A stretch of DNA of 64,000 nt, from the NCBI GenBank assembly GCA_965231155.1, contig OZ246418.1, positions 238,850 through 302,849 on the forward strand, given 5' to 3'. Below are positions 47,267-57,435 of the stretch, one piece after another. Under the pieces are notes generated by a model, which was not told the origin of the DNA, searched no databases, and saw only the letters and a program-made list of their open reading frames with translations. This stretch comes from an uncultured Candidatus Saccharibacteria bacterium (lineage in GTDB: Bacteria > Patescibacteriota > Minisyncoccia > UBA6257 > 2-01-FULL-56-20). The number at the start of each line of letters is the position of its first letter. Position 1 is the stretch's first letter. Both the position numbers and the translations under genes were made by a program.

Positions 47267-48466
47267 CTACCCGAGCCTGTAAAGCTTGTGTTTGCCAATT
47301 TTGAGAGTGTCTCCTTTTTGAACTTTATATTTCAGATCTTTGACTATCTGATCGTTAATTTTTACTTGTCCTTGTTTTATTAGTTGTCCCGCTTCGCTGT
47401 TGCTTTTCGCTACTCCAATCTGAACTAATATCGGCACCGTACCACGAGATAGCACGTCTGGAGATATTACTACTGTTTCGTAATCAACGAGCATTGTCTC
47501 TCCCCTAGATTTTCTCCTGAAACTTTCCTCGGCTACTTTAGCCTTCTTTTCACCGCATACTTTTTTCACAATTTCGAAAGCCACTCGCGCCTTTGCCTCC
47601 TTAGGATTAAGACTAAGAATTTCTTTTTTTTGGACGAGGGGAATTCTTGTGCAGTTTATAAACAAAACCTCAGTCATCTCATCGGGTTGGTTCATGATCC
47701 CTTCGTATATTTTCTCTGGTGACGAAGAAAGAAATACTCCCGTTCCCCGACTCTTCGACATCAATTCGCCGGTCTTTGGATTCTCCATGAGATTCACGAC
47801 CAAGACAAACTTGTCTTTTCCTTTTAGTCGTTTGACGAGCGTTCTGCCTGCTAAGGCATTAAATGTTTGATCAGTGCCACACAATTCAACATCAACGTTT
47901 AAAGCAACACTGTCGTAACCTTGCATGACTGGATACAAGAATTCATGGAGGTAGATAGGAGTATTATTCTCCCAACGCTTGGTAAACATATCGCGCTCGA
48001 TCATCTGTTGCACAGTAAAGTTGCTCGCCAGGGAAAGTACATCAGAGAAAGAAAGCTTACTCAGCCACTTACTATTATAGACAATTCGTGGAGGATTTTT
48101 CTTGTCTTTGAAATTAAGAAGGGGCTTGATCTGAGCAATCCATCCTTTTACGTTCCCCTTAATTTGGGTTGCAGTCAGCTGTACTCGAGTAGCCTGACGA
48201 TCGGTGGGATCGCCAATCTGGGCAGTAAAATCACCAACTAGGATTATCACCTCGTGTCCAAGCTGTCGTAACTCTTCAAGGAGCATATAGTTCTTAGCAT
48301 GACTTAAATGCAAAGAATCTGATGTGGGATCAGCACCAATATATATCTTTAATCTCTTTCCCGAAGTCAAAACGGCGATAAACTCCTCTCTTCCAGGAAG
48401 GATATTTGTGACGACACCACGATCTAGTACTTCTTCAATTTTTTTTCTATCAGTAATGACTTTCAT
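47267..48466 (-). CDS. tyrS: Tyrosyl-tRNA synthetase
   Basis: Class I 'LHLSHAK' (HIGH-like) and 'LMSKSRG' (KMSKS) motifs, C-terminal S4 domain. Confidence 0.9.
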   Translation of the reverse strand: MKVITDRKKIEEVLDRGVVTNILPGREEFIAVLTSGKRLKIYIGADPTSDSLHLSHAKNYMLLEELRQLGHEVIILVGDFTAQIGDPTDRQATRVQLTATQIKGNVKGWIAQIKPLLNFKDKKNPPRIVYNSKWLSKLSFSDVLSLASNFTVQQMIERDMFTKRWENNTPIYLHEFLYPVMQGYDSVALNVDVELCGTDQTFNALAGRTLVKRLKGKDKFVLVVNLMENPKTGELMSKSRGTGVFLSSSPEKIYEGIMNQPDEMTEVLFINCTRIPLVQKKEILSLNPKEAKARVAFEIVKKVCGEKKAKVAEESFRRKSRGETMLVDYETVVISPDVLSRGTVPILVQIGVAKSNSEAGQLIKQGQVKINDQIVKDLKYKVQKGDTLKIGKHKLYRLG

Positions 48467-48519
48467 GGGCTTATTCTAACTAAAAACGCCGCTCAGAGAA
48501 AGCGGCGTCTTCTATATTC

Positions 48520-49104
48520 CTACTTTCTTGGCTTCACAATCTCATCAATCAAGCCATACTCCTTAGCCTCCTCTGGGGTCATCCAGAAATCACGATCGGT
48601 GTCTTTCTCAATCTTTTCGAGTTTCTTGCCAGTATGTTTGGAGATAATCTCGTTCAGGCGATGCTTCACCCGCAAGATCTGCTTGGCGGCAATTTCAATT
48701 TCCACAGCCTGCCCCTCAGCACCACCCATAACTTGGTGAAGTAAAATTTCTGAGTTGGGTAAGGCGAGACGCTTCCCTTTTGCCCCAGCACCAAGAAGTA
48801 CTGCGCCCATCGAAGCGGCCATACCAACACAGATGGTAGATACATCTGGCTTGATGTGCTGAATGGTGTCGTAGATTGCCAAGCCAGCAGTCACCGATCC
48901 ACCTGGCGTATTCAGATACAACTGAATATCCTTCTTAGGATCTTCGTGCTGGAGGAACAAAAGCTGGGCGATGATAACGTTCGCAACCTGGTCGTTGACT
49001 GGTCCGCCTAGAAAAATAATTCTCTCTTTAAGAAGTCTGGAGTAGATATCATAGGCCCTCTCTCCAAACTGTACTTTTTCAATAACCGTTGGGATTAAGT
49101 TCAT
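48520..49104 (-). CDS. clpP: ATP-dependent Clp protease proteolytic subunit
   Basis: '[15 protein letters not shown]', catalytic 'MAASMGA'; start at MNLIPT abutting the ppa stop. Confidence 0.9.
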   Translation of the reverse strand: MNLIPTVIEKVQFGERAYDIYSRLLKERIIFLGGPVNDQVANVIIAQLLFLQHEDPKKDIQLYLNTPGGSVTAGLAIYDTIQHIKPDVSTICVGMAASMGAVLLGAGAKGKRLALPNSEILLHQVMGGAEGQAVEIEIAAKQILRVKHRLNEIISKHTGKKLEKIEKDTDRDFWMTPEEAKEYGLIDEIVKPRK

Positions 49105-49105
49105 A

Positions 49106-49645
49106 TTAGTCGTGTGTTGGTTTTTCTTGATACATTTTCTGAGCTCGTAGAATTTCTTCACGAGCCTTTTCAGCATTCTCCCAGTCCCCTAGCTCAACCT
49201 TCTTTCCTTGCAAATCTTTATACACCTTAAAGAAGTGTGCAATCTCCTTCAAAAGGTGTGGGTTGGATGACTCGATATCCTTAATGTCTTTGACTGCATC
49301 CAATCGTGGATTGTCTTTCTGAACTGCCAGAATTTTGAAATCCTCCTCTCCCCCATCAATCATTTTGAGTAGTCCGATTGGTCGAGCCGCCACCACGCAG
49401 CCAACAAAAACTGGTTCGCCACCAATAATCATAATGTCTAAGTGATCACCATCCTCGGATCGGGTTTCTGGAATAAATCCATAATCAAGCGGATAAAACA
49501 CTGGTGAGTACAAAACTCGATCAAGCTTAATGATTCCCAACTCTTCATCAAATTCATATTTATTGTGACTGCCCTTGGGAATCTCAACAACCGCGTTCAC
49601 TACTTCTGGATATTTTTTGCCAATCGGTACGTTGTGTAATGACAT
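49106..49645 (-). CDS. ppa: Inorganic pyrophosphatase
   Basis: '[11 protein letters not shown]' and family-I PPase colinearity. Confidence 0.9.
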   Translation of the reverse strand: MSLHNVPIGKKYPEVVNAVVEIPKGSHNKYEFDEELGIIKLDRVLYSPVFYPLDYGFIPETRSEDGDHLDIMIIGGEPVFVGCVVAARPIGLLKMIDGGEEDFKILAVQKDNPRLDAVKDIKDIESSNPHLLKEIAHFFKVYKDLQGKKVELGDWENAEKAREEILRAQKMYQEKPTHD

Positions 49646-49682
49646 ATTTTTTATTAAAAAAATAATTATTTTTTTCTACAGA

Positions 49683-50906
49683 CTACTCGTCCTCTTCATC
49701 TGGAGGAGCCACCACAACTGGTGCATCCTCAACTACGCCGGCCACTCCCCCTTCCTGAGCTTCATCTGGATGAGCTTGTGAACGCACATCAATCTTCCAG
49801 CCGGTGAGACGCGCGGCTAAACGAACGTTCTGTCCACCACGACCAATAGCGAGACTCAACTGATCCTCGCCGACATACACACGAGCTTCTCGGCGTGGCA
49901 AGATCTCCACGCTCTTTGCTTTGGCTGGAGAAAGTGAGGCGCCCACAAACTTCTCGGGATCTTCTGACCACTCAATAATATCAATCTTCTCCTGACCAAG
50001 TTCGTTGTTCACTGCCATCACACGAGTTCCTCTCTGACCGACACAGGCGCCCACTGGATCAACTCCCTCAACGTGCGAAGCAACCGCAATCTTTGTGCGA
50101 TTTCCTGGTTCACGTGCAATCGACTTTATTTCGCAGGTACCATCAGCAATTTCTGGCACTTCAAGTTCAAACATCTTGCTCACAAAATTTGGATGAGAAC
50201 GAGAAAGAATAATTCCTGGTAAACGAGTGTCCTCCTGAACTGCCAAAACCAAAAATCGTAATCGTTCCCCCGGTCGGTAGTGTTCGCCAGGAATTGATTC
50301 GTTAGCAAACATCACACCAACTGCCCGACCCAAATCAATATAGACATGTCCACGTTCAAAACGTTGCACCACACCACTTACCACCTGACCTTCTTTTGTT
50401 CTCCATTCATTTAAAATGGAATCTCTTTCTGATTCACGCAAGCGCTGTAAAATAACTTGCTTTGCAGCCTGCGCGGCGATACGTCCAAAATCCTCATGAG
50501 ACTCTAGTGGAAAAGTAACCTCGTCACCCAAAGCCAATTCTTTTTCTGGAAAAAGTTTCTTGGCTTCATCGATCATAATGTGACGCTCAGAATTATATCG
50601 AGGAAGTTTTTCTTCGTCTGAAAGAAATTCAGATTCATCCCTCCTTCTTGGTTCAAATACTTCTGGCTCTTCTCCTTCTTCGGCGATGCGTACGGAATTC
50701 TCATCAACAACTGTTTTCACCTGCCAGAAAGACATCGTGCCAGTTTTCGCATCAAGCTTTGTTTTAATAACCTCTCCCCTTTTTCCATATTCTTTTTTGT
50801 ACGCAGAAGCAATTGCCGCTTCGACTGCCTCTAAAACTTTCTCCGCAGACAATCCTTTTTCGTCGGCCACCTGCTGAACTGCTTTTCCGAGATCTTTAAG
50901 ATTCAT
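49683..50906 (-). CDS. nusA: Transcription termination/antitermination factor NusA
   Basis: N-terminal domain, S1 and tandem KH domains. Confidence 0.9.
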   Translation of the reverse strand: MNLKDLGKAVQQVADEKGLSAEKVLEAVEAAIASAYKKEYGKRGEVIKTKLDAKTGTMSFWQVKTVVDENSVRIAEEGEEPEVFEPRRRDESEFLSDEEKLPRYNSERHIMIDEAKKLFPEKELALGDEVTFPLESHEDFGRIAAQAAKQVILQRLRESERDSILNEWRTKEGQVVSGVVQRFERGHVYIDLGRAVGVMFANESIPGEHYRPGERLRFLVLAVQEDTRLPGIILSRSHPNFVSKMFELEVPEIADGTCEIKSIAREPGNRTKIAVASHVEGVDPVGACVGQRGTRVMAVNNELGQEKIDIIEWSEDPEKFVGASLSPAKAKSVEILPRREARVYVGEDQLSLAIGRGGQNVRLAARLTGWKIDVRSQAHPDEAQEGGVAGVVEDAPVVVAPPDEEDE

Positions 50907-51211
50907 TAAAATTAATTATATAAGGTTTAAAAAATCCGCTTAAACGCGGATATAATATCGACCTTATCCACAATATCATAGAAAAACTCTCTGTCAACTA
51001 CTCGAGTTTACTTTCCTGCCCCTATCCAAAAGGCATAACGGCCAGAAAAATAAGCTCTTCGTTTATGGCAGGCAGGCCCAATGATCTGAAAGGTAACAGT
51101 CTCGAATAAGTGGTAGACAGGTCCGTAAGGTTCTAAAGAAACGAAAGTTTCGAACTACGGTAAACGTAATCCTGTCTCTCTATATAATGAACAAAAGCTC
51201 TCATTAGGCTC

Positions 51212-51607
51212 TCAAGCAATATTTTCATAGTGGTTATAGGTATAGGTCTTTGCCCCTGGATCAAGAGAGATGGCAATCAGGTCTATCCGCCATCCCTTCT
51301 CCGACTCAATCAGCTCCTGGTGTTGGTTGGCAAACCAGGAACAAACCTTTTTAAGCCTCATAAGCTTTCCTTTTGTGAGGTTATCCTCTGGTTTTAGCTG
51401 ATAAACATTTTTGTTTATCAAAGTTTTTACTTCGAAGAATACCAGCTCTCTGTCCCTAGATATTCCTACTATATCTATTTCTCCGAAATTCTTCCTATAG
51501 TTTCTCTCAATAACCGAGAATCCTACTGATTCTACTATATAACAGGCAATATTTTCACCTATTCTTCCTATATTATCCTTGTTGCCAGATTCTTTTGCCA
51601 TAAGCAA
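51212..51607 (-). CDS. YraN-family (UPF0102) endonuclease-like protein
   Basis: 'GENIACYIVESVGFSVIERNYRKNFGEIDIVG...FFEVK' family motif. Confidence 0.75.
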   Translation of the reverse strand: MLMAKESGNKDNIGRIGENIACYIVESVGFSVIERNYRKNFGEIDIVGISRDRELVFFEVKTLINKNVYQLKPEDNLTKGKLMRLKKVCSWFANQHQELIESEKGWRIDLIAISLDPGAKTYTYNHYENIA

Positions 51608-52170
51608 TATGTTTAGCGCTAAACAATTTCTTCTATATTAGTGTTTATCATCCAGTACGGATGATATATAGATACTAAAGATATTCATAATATTCCATTA
51701 AAATGTTTGTCGACAAACAATACTGGCTATTTTATTGGCTCAATCGATCGATTGAGCCAATAAAATGTTTGTCGACAAACATTTTTCCACTATATCCTGG
51801 ATAATTACCATAATTTGTTTAGCGACAAACACTTCTATCCGCGTATATAATGTTTATCGCTAAACAACATATTTTTGATAAACATTTTTGTTTATCAAAT
51901 AGTCCCTATAGCAAAAAAGAGCCTAAATTGTTTGCCGGATAGGGAGCACCTATCAAACCTATCTTTCACATAAACCTTAATATAGTTGTTATATTTTGAC
52001 AACTATAAACACAATTGTTTATCATATTCTGGTATCTCCAAAAAGCTCTAGAAACAGAATTGTTGGTCGATATTCTGATTCTAGGAAAACAACGTAAAAA
52101 AACACCTCACAAAAAAATCCCTTCTCACTGCAGGAGTAATAAGTTGATTTTTCTCATCTTCATTTCTACA
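51608..52170. promoter_or_regulatory. AT-rich intergenic region dense in palindromic operator-like repeats (TGTTTA/TAAACA half-sites)
   Basis: TGTTTAGCGCTAAACA, ATGTTTGTCGACAAACAT (x2 flanking a 32-bp perfect palindrome ttattggctcaatcgatcgattgagccaataa), TGTTTAGCGACAAACA, TGTTTATCGCTAAACA, TGATAAACATTTTTGTTTATCA, TGTTTATCA x3. Confidence 0.4.
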
Positions 52171-52172
52171 AT

Positions 52173-52514
52173 ATGACAATGCTTACTGAACAAGAAATCG
52201 AAAAATATAGAATCATTTTAGAAGACGAGCGAAAGAAGTTGGCACAAGAAGTGAAGGGTGACGAATCTCCTATCGAGTTTGAAGATGAAGCGACAGAAGA
52301 CTTTGATGCAGAAGCTGATGAGGCAGAAGAATTGGGAAATGAATTGTCTGTTGGAGATACGGTGCGCGAACGACTGAATCAGGTTGATGAGGCTCTGGAG
52401 AAAATAGAAAACGGCACATATGGAATTTGCGAAGAGTGTGGCCGAGTGATCTCTGAGAAAGTTCTTCATGTAGCCCCTGAATCAATTTTGTGCGCCGAGT
52501 GTAAGCAACGATAG
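52173..52514 (+). CDS. DksA/TraR-family C4 zinc-finger protein
   Basis: Acidic coiled-coil N-terminus and 'CEECGRVISEKVLHVAPESILCAECK' zinc finger. Confidence 0.7.
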   Translation: MTMLTEQEIEKYRIILEDERKKLAQEVKGDESPIEFEDEATEDFDAEADEAEELGNELSVGDTVRERLNQVDEALEKIENGTYGICEECGRVISEKVLHVAPESILCAECKQR

Positions 52515-52544
52515 TTTCTCCGCTTTCCTTTTTTATAAAAAATT

Positions 52545-54071
52545 ATGAGCGTCCAGAATCTGGCGACGCTTTATTCCGCCGAGCTCGAAGGTGTTGATGC
52601 ACGGCTTATTGAAGTTGAGGTCGACCTGAATGTTGGCCTCCATTCGTTTACGATTGTTGGTCTGGCTGACAAAGCACTGAACGAGGCGAAGGAGCGAGTA
52701 AACTCAGCGCTCAAGAATTCTGGCGTAAAACCACCGAACCAAGAAAATCGGAGGATTACCATAAGCCTCGCACCAGCTGATGTAAAAAAATCTGGTTCGC
52801 AGTATGATCTGGCGTTAGCGCTTGGATATTTAGCGGCGACAAAACAGATTGCCCCATTCGATACAAAAAATAAAATATTCGTCGGCGAGTTGGCGCTTGA
52901 TGGACGCGTTCGTCCAGTGAGTGGTGCTTTGAGTATTGCTGAGATGGCCGGACGCCTGGGATTTTCTGAAATATATTTACCCACAGAAAATGCTCACGAA
53001 GCTTCCGTGATTAAAAATATTTCGGTTTTTGCCGTGTCTCGATTACAAGACGTTATTGTACACCTGGAAAATAAATCCCTTCTTCATCCGACGGTCTTTA
53101 CGCACGAAGCAGAGGAGAGAATTTCGACGATCGACTTTTCTGAAATTAAAGGGCAGGGGAATGCCAAGCGTGCACTACTAATTGCCGCAGCTGGCGGACA
53201 TAATGTCCTCCTAGTGGGTAGTCCGGGAGTAGGGAAGAGTCTTCTCGCTCAGGCGCTTTCCGGAATTCTTCCACCACTGAATCTCGAAGAAGCAATTGAG
53301 GTAACAAAAATTCAAAGCGCCTCAGGACTTCTACCTAAAGGGCTAATTACTGACCGCCCATTTCGCGCTCCTCATCACACGGCCTCATCCGTGGCGATCG
53401 TGGGCGGTGGACCACAACCAAAACCTGGAGAGATAAGTCTCGCCCACCGCGGTGTTCTTTTTCTGGACGAGGTTCCGGAGTTCCAGAGAAATGTATTAGA
53501 AGCGTTGCGCCAACCATTAGAAAGTGGGAGTGTGAACATCTCGAGAGCGAAAGGAACACTCACCTTTCCGGCGCGCTTTTCCTTGGTTGCCGCTATGAAT
53601 CCCTGTCCGTGTGGTTTCTTTGGCGATCAGGAAAAAGAATGTCGTTGTGGCGCATATGAAGTGATCCGTTATCAGAAAAAAATATCCGGCCCACTTTTAG
53701 ACCGTATCGACTTACAGGTCAGAGTTCCTCGAGCCAAAATTGAAGAATTACAAAAAAGGAATGAGGGTCTAAAAGAAAACGCAGATATTAGGGAGCAGGT
53801 AACGCGCGTACGTCAGATTCAAGAAAAACGATTTCGTTCTCTCCCGATTCAGGTCAATGCTGAAATGTCCTCAAAACACACTGAGGAGTTCGCGCCCCTC
53901 ACTCCGCAAGCTCACGACTTTATGTTCTCTCTCAAAAACCACCACCTCTCTCCCCGGGGTTATTATCGACTACTAAAAACCGCCAGAACTATTGCCGATC
54001 TGGAAGAAAAAGAAATTGTTGACCTTCCCCATGTGGCTGAAGCGTTTAGCTATCGATTGCGAGAAGAGTAA
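52545..54071 (+). CDS. comM: YifB/ComM-family Mg-chelatase-like AAA+ ATPase
   Basis: Lon-like N-domain, Walker A 'LVGSPGVGKSLLA', Mg-chelatase ChlI-like core. Confidence 0.85.
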   Translation: MSVQNLATLYSAELEGVDARLIEVEVDLNVGLHSFTIVGLADKALNEAKERVNSALKNSGVKPPNQENRRITISLAPADVKKSGSQYDLALALGYLAATKQIAPFDTKNKIFVGELALDGRVRPVSGALSIAEMAGRLGFSEIYLPTENAHEASVIKNISVFAVSRLQDVIVHLENKSLLHPTVFTHEAEERISTIDFSEIKGQGNAKRALLIAAAGGHNVLLVGSPGVGKSLLAQALSGILPPLNLEEAIEVTKIQSASGLLPKGLITDRPFRAPHHTASSVAIVGGGPQPKPGEISLAHRGVLFLDEVPEFQRNVLEALRQPLESGSVNISRAKGTLTFPARFSLVAAMNPCPCGFFGDQEKECRCGAYEVIRYQKKISGPLLDRIDLQVRVPRAKIEELQKRNEGLKENADIREQVTRVRQIQEKRFRSLPIQVNAEMSSKHTEEFAPLTPQAHDFMFSLKNHHLSPRGYYRLLKTARTIADLEEKEIVDLPHVAEAFSYRLREE

Positions 54072-54172
54072 CCTTGCTAATCTTCTTTGTGCTGAAATGT
54101 CTCTCTGAAGAAGGTTGCAATTGGGTCATAACTCTTGTAGAAAGAAGACAGAGTGCTTGAAAGGAGGAGGTT

Positions 54173-54646
54173 ATGCGCACCGCTATGTTGGTGACTACCT
54201 TTTTGTTTCTCTCTGGATGCTCCCTCGTTGCTTCCACGAGGGGACAGGAGCTGACGGTGAGCGAGCCTAGCTTGGTTGGCCCATCGCCAGTGGCCATCGA
54301 GGTCACTGAGTTCTACTACGGAGAGAGGACCAGGGAGGCAGTGGCATTTTATGCCAACTTTCTCAGCTTCCTCGAAGCAGAGTGGCGTCAAGCGTGTGCC
54401 ACCGGAAGATCGATTAGCACCGCCTGTCTCTACCAAAACAGACGGATATCGATAAGCCACAATGGCCACGTAGCGATGGTGGCGATCATTCCACCGATCG
54501 TCACCGAGGAAACCATACTTCCGCAAGTGGCAACGGCCGACGATGTCGAGAGGGAAACGCCAGTCTTTGCAGCCAAGAGGATGGCCCACGAGACGGCCCG
54601 AGCCCTTGGCCTCCTACGGCCCCTTCTTCGAAAATACCAACGCTAA
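54173..54646 (+). CDS. Lipoprotein (hypothetical) in a GC-rich patch
   Basis: AGGAGG Shine-Dalgarno; lipobox 'LFLSGCS'; terminator downstream; the antisense ORF 54077..54589 is rejected. Confidence 0.5.
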   Translation: MRTAMLVTTFLFLSGCSLVASTRGQELTVSEPSLVGPSPVAIEVTEFYYGERTREAVAFYANFLSFLEAEWRQACATGRSISTACLYQNRRISISHNGHVAMVAIIPPIVTEETILPQVATADDVERETPVFAAKRMAHETARALGLLRPLLRKYQR

Positions 54647-54659
54647 GTTGATCTAGAGA

Positions 54660-54697
54660 CCCACGCAAAATTTCTGCGCAGGGTCTTTTTTTATCTG
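54660..54697 (+). terminator. Rho-independent terminator
   Basis: gaccc...gggtc hairpin followed by TTTTTTTAT. Confidence 0.5.
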
Positions 54698-54752
54698 CCA
54701 TATCAGCACAATCTCTAGCTATTTTTTTGTCTCCGAGTTAAAAATAAACGTA

Positions 54753-56582
54753 ATGTCTTCTTTAAATCCTCAACAGAAAAAAGCAGCGGAATCACCAGCG
54801 GGACCACTCCTCATCGTCGCCGGAGCGGGAACCGGAAAAACACATACTCTGACGCATCGTTTTCTACATCTTATTGAAAGTGGTGTCTCGCCAGATAATA
54901 TCTGCGCCATCACCTTCACCAATAAGGCGGCCAAAGAAATGTCTGAACGTATTAGAAAAACGGTACCGCATCTTCCGGCAACACTTGGCGTTTTTCCTTA
55001 TGGCTATATTGGAACTTTCCATGCACTCGGCGCAAAAATTCTTCGTCGTGAGACGCCTGCGTTCGGACGAAAAAAGAATTTTGCTATTTTTGATGATGGT
55101 GACAGCTGGAGTGTTATTAAAAAGATCGCCAAAAAATATGCTGACGAAAAACCAAAGTTAATGCCGGGGGAGATTGGAGAAACAATTACTCATATTAAAA
55201 ACGGCATGCTACCAATCGAAGAACTCGAAAATGATCAAAGGATCGACCGACAACTTCTTCTGCAAGCCTACCACGAATACGAAGCCTCTCTTGAAAGACA
55301 GAATGCCTTTGATTTCGATGATCTTTTGGAAAAAGTAGTTCGGTTATTTTCTACCGCTCCGGAAGTTCTTCAGAAATATCGAAAACGATTCACTCATCTC
55401 TTGGTCGATGAGTATCAAGATATCAACAATATCCAGTATGAGCTGATTAAACTCTTAGCGGGGGAGTCGCGCAATATCAGCGTGGTCGGTGATCAGAATC
55501 AAACGATTTATAGTTTTCGCGGTTCGAACATTAATATCTTTCTGAACTTTCCTAAAGACTGGCCGGGAAGTCAGGTGATTGTCCTCGAGGATAACTATCG
55601 TTCGTCGGGAAATATTCTTGAAGCCGCCTCCACGCTGATTGCTCAAAACAGCATCCGTCTTGAAGAAGCGAGTGGGAAACTCCGCGCCGTGAATCCACCA
55701 GGTCCAATGATTCAACTTTACGAAGCTTCAAACGAAGAGGAAGAGGCTGAGTGGGTTGGAGGAAAAATACAAAGCGCGATTATCTCGGCAGAGATGGAGA
55801 ACAGCCCACAACAAACAATGGCGGTGCTCTATCGAACGAATGCTCAATCTCGGGCCATCGAACAAACACTTTTGGCCCGCGCCATTCCTTATCGAGTCTT
55901 TGGCGGACTGAAATTCTACGAACGACTAGAAGTTCGTGATGTGATTGCCTCGGTACGCTACCTCTCAAATCCTGAAGACGAGGTGAGCAAAACACGCCTC
56001 GAGAAAAATATTACCAAAACTAAGTTCAAACTATTTGCCGAAAAAGCAGGGGAGATAAGAGAGCTAAAACCAACCCAGGCGATCACGGCCTTTATGAGAA
56101 CTGTTAGTTATATTGAACACCTCGAAAAACATTATCTGAATGTTTCCGAACGACAGGAAAATATCATGGAGCTTCTTCGATTTGCTCAAAACTTTTCAAC
56201 CCTAGAAGATTTTTTAGAACAGGTCAGTCTTTTGCAATCAACCGATCAGATAAAAGGGGAGACTCCTTCAAACCTTCCGCCAGTTACCCTGTCGAGTATT
56301 CATCTCGCGAAAGGCTTAGAATTTGACGAGGTTTTTTTGATCGGCGTAAACGAATCGATCTTGCCTCATGCCCGCTCCTATGGCACACTGGCCGAGCTCG
56401 AAGAAGAACGACGACTCCTCTACGTGGCAATGACTCGCGCCAGAAAGAAGCTATCCATCAGTTTTCACGATCTTCCTTCTCGCTTCTTATCCGAACTCCC
56501 TCAGGAGCTTCTCTCAATCGAAAGCCGAAATGGTGAGATAAGAGACTTCGACGACGAGGAACGGTACATCACCTTAGATTAA
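54753..56582 (+). CDS. UvrD/PcrA/Rep-family ATP-dependent DNA helicase
   Basis: Walker A 'AGAGTGKTHTL', motifs 'LVDEYQDIN', 'VGDQNQTIYSFRG', 'HLAKGLEFDEVF'. Confidence 0.9.
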   Translation: MSSLNPQQKKAAESPAGPLLIVAGAGTGKTHTLTHRFLHLIESGVSPDNICAITFTNKAAKEMSERIRKTVPHLPATLGVFPYGYIGTFHALGAKILRRETPAFGRKKNFAIFDDGDSWSVIKKIAKKYADEKPKLMPGEIGETITHIKNGMLPIEELENDQRIDRQLLLQAYHEYEASLERQNAFDFDDLLEKVVRLFSTAPEVLQKYRKRFTHLLVDEYQDINNIQYELIKLLAGESRNISVVGDQNQTIYSFRGSNINIFLNFPKDWPGSQVIVLEDNYRSSGNILEAASTLIAQNSIRLEEASGKLRAVNPPGPMIQLYEASNEEEEAEWVGGKIQSAIISAEMENSPQQTMAVLYRTNAQSRAIEQTLLARAIPYRVFGGLKFYERLEVRDVIASVRYLSNPEDEVSKTRLEKNITKTKFKLFAEKAGEIRELKPTQAITAFMRTVSYIEHLEKHYLNVSERQENIMELLRFAQNFSTLEDFLEQVSLLQSTDQIKGETPSNLPPVTLSSIHLAKGLEFDEVFLIGVNESILPHARSYGTLAELEEERRLLYVAMTRARKKLSISFHDLPSRFLSELPQELLSIESRNGEIRDFDDEERYITLD

Positions 56583-56584
56583 TT

Positions 56585-57355
56585 ATGCAAAAACTTGGCC
56601 AACACTTCTTAAAAGATACGAAAGTTCTCGAGAAAATTGCGGGGCAGATTGACGCAGGAACAACTCATATTATAGAAATTGGTCCAGGACATGGAGAACT
56701 CACAAAACAGTTAAGAATTCAAAATAAAAAAGCTAAGATTATCTCTATCGAGAAGGACTCGCGTCTGGCTCAATCTCTCACAGAATACTTTTTTGATGAC
56801 CCTCTTACAGAGATTGTGGAGGGCGACGCCCTAAAGATACTCCCTTATATAATAGAAGCGCGCAAAAATGAACTTGAGAAGTACACACTTATAGGAAATA
56901 TTCCCTACTATATAACTGGTTATCTTCTAAGAACCGTCAGCGAACTAGACGCTTATCCCGAAGAGACCACCCTTCTGATACAAAAAGAGGTGGCTGAACG
57001 AATCACCTCGCACCCACCAGAGATGAATCGGCTCGCCGCCAGTGTTCAGTTCTGGGGAGATCCAAAAATTGTACTCACTGTGCCGCCCGGCGCTTTTAAT
57101 CCACCTCCGAAGGTTGATTCTGCCGTTATTAATATCCTCACCAAAAAAAATTTTCCAGTCGATAAGGCTCGATATTATGAAACAGTTCGTCTCCTTTTCG
57201 CTCAGCCAAGAAAAACTATCCTCAACAACCTGTCCGAGAAAATCTCTAAAAAAGAATCCTCTGAGCTTCTGGAGAAATTAGACATTCCACTCGGAGATCG
57301 CCCCCAAAACCTCTCCATAGAAAAGATTGTAGCAATTACCGAAAAACTTTATTGA
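56585..57355 (+). CDS. rsmA: 16S rRNA (adenine1518/1519-N6)-dimethyltransferase
   Basis: 'LGQHFLKD', SAM motif 'IIEIGPGHGELT', 'IGNIPYYIT'. Confidence 0.9.
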   Translation: MQKLGQHFLKDTKVLEKIAGQIDAGTTHIIEIGPGHGELTKQLRIQNKKAKIISIEKDSRLAQSLTEYFFDDPLTEIVEGDALKILPYIIEARKNELEKYTLIGNIPYYITGYLLRTVSELDAYPEETTLLIQKEVAERITSHPPEMNRLAASVQFWGDPKIVLTVPPGAFNPPPKVDSAVINILTKKNFPVDKARYYETVRLLFAQPRKTILNNLSEKISKKESSELLEKLDIPLGDRPQNLSIEKIVAITEKLY

Positions 57356-57435
57356 TAGAAGGTGGCGATGGGCTGTGTATATCCCAAACTAACTCACGGG
57401 AGTTTTTTTGACATACAATATAGAAGTAACATCAA

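Noticed and set aside
50960-52170. Chromosomal replication origin (oriC)
   Set aside because: Only one perfect DnaA box (TTATCCACA at about 50968) was seen. The abundant palindromes have TGTTTA half-sites, not DnaA-box sequence, and no dnaA/dnaN is nearby. Kept only as a palindrome-rich regulatory region.
54077-54589. 170-aa minus-strand ORF
   Set aside because: Antisense to a plus-strand ORF that has a strong AGGAGG Shine-Dalgarno, a lipobox and a downstream terminator. The minus ORF is Arg/Gly-rich and typical of spurious ORFs in GC-rich DNA.
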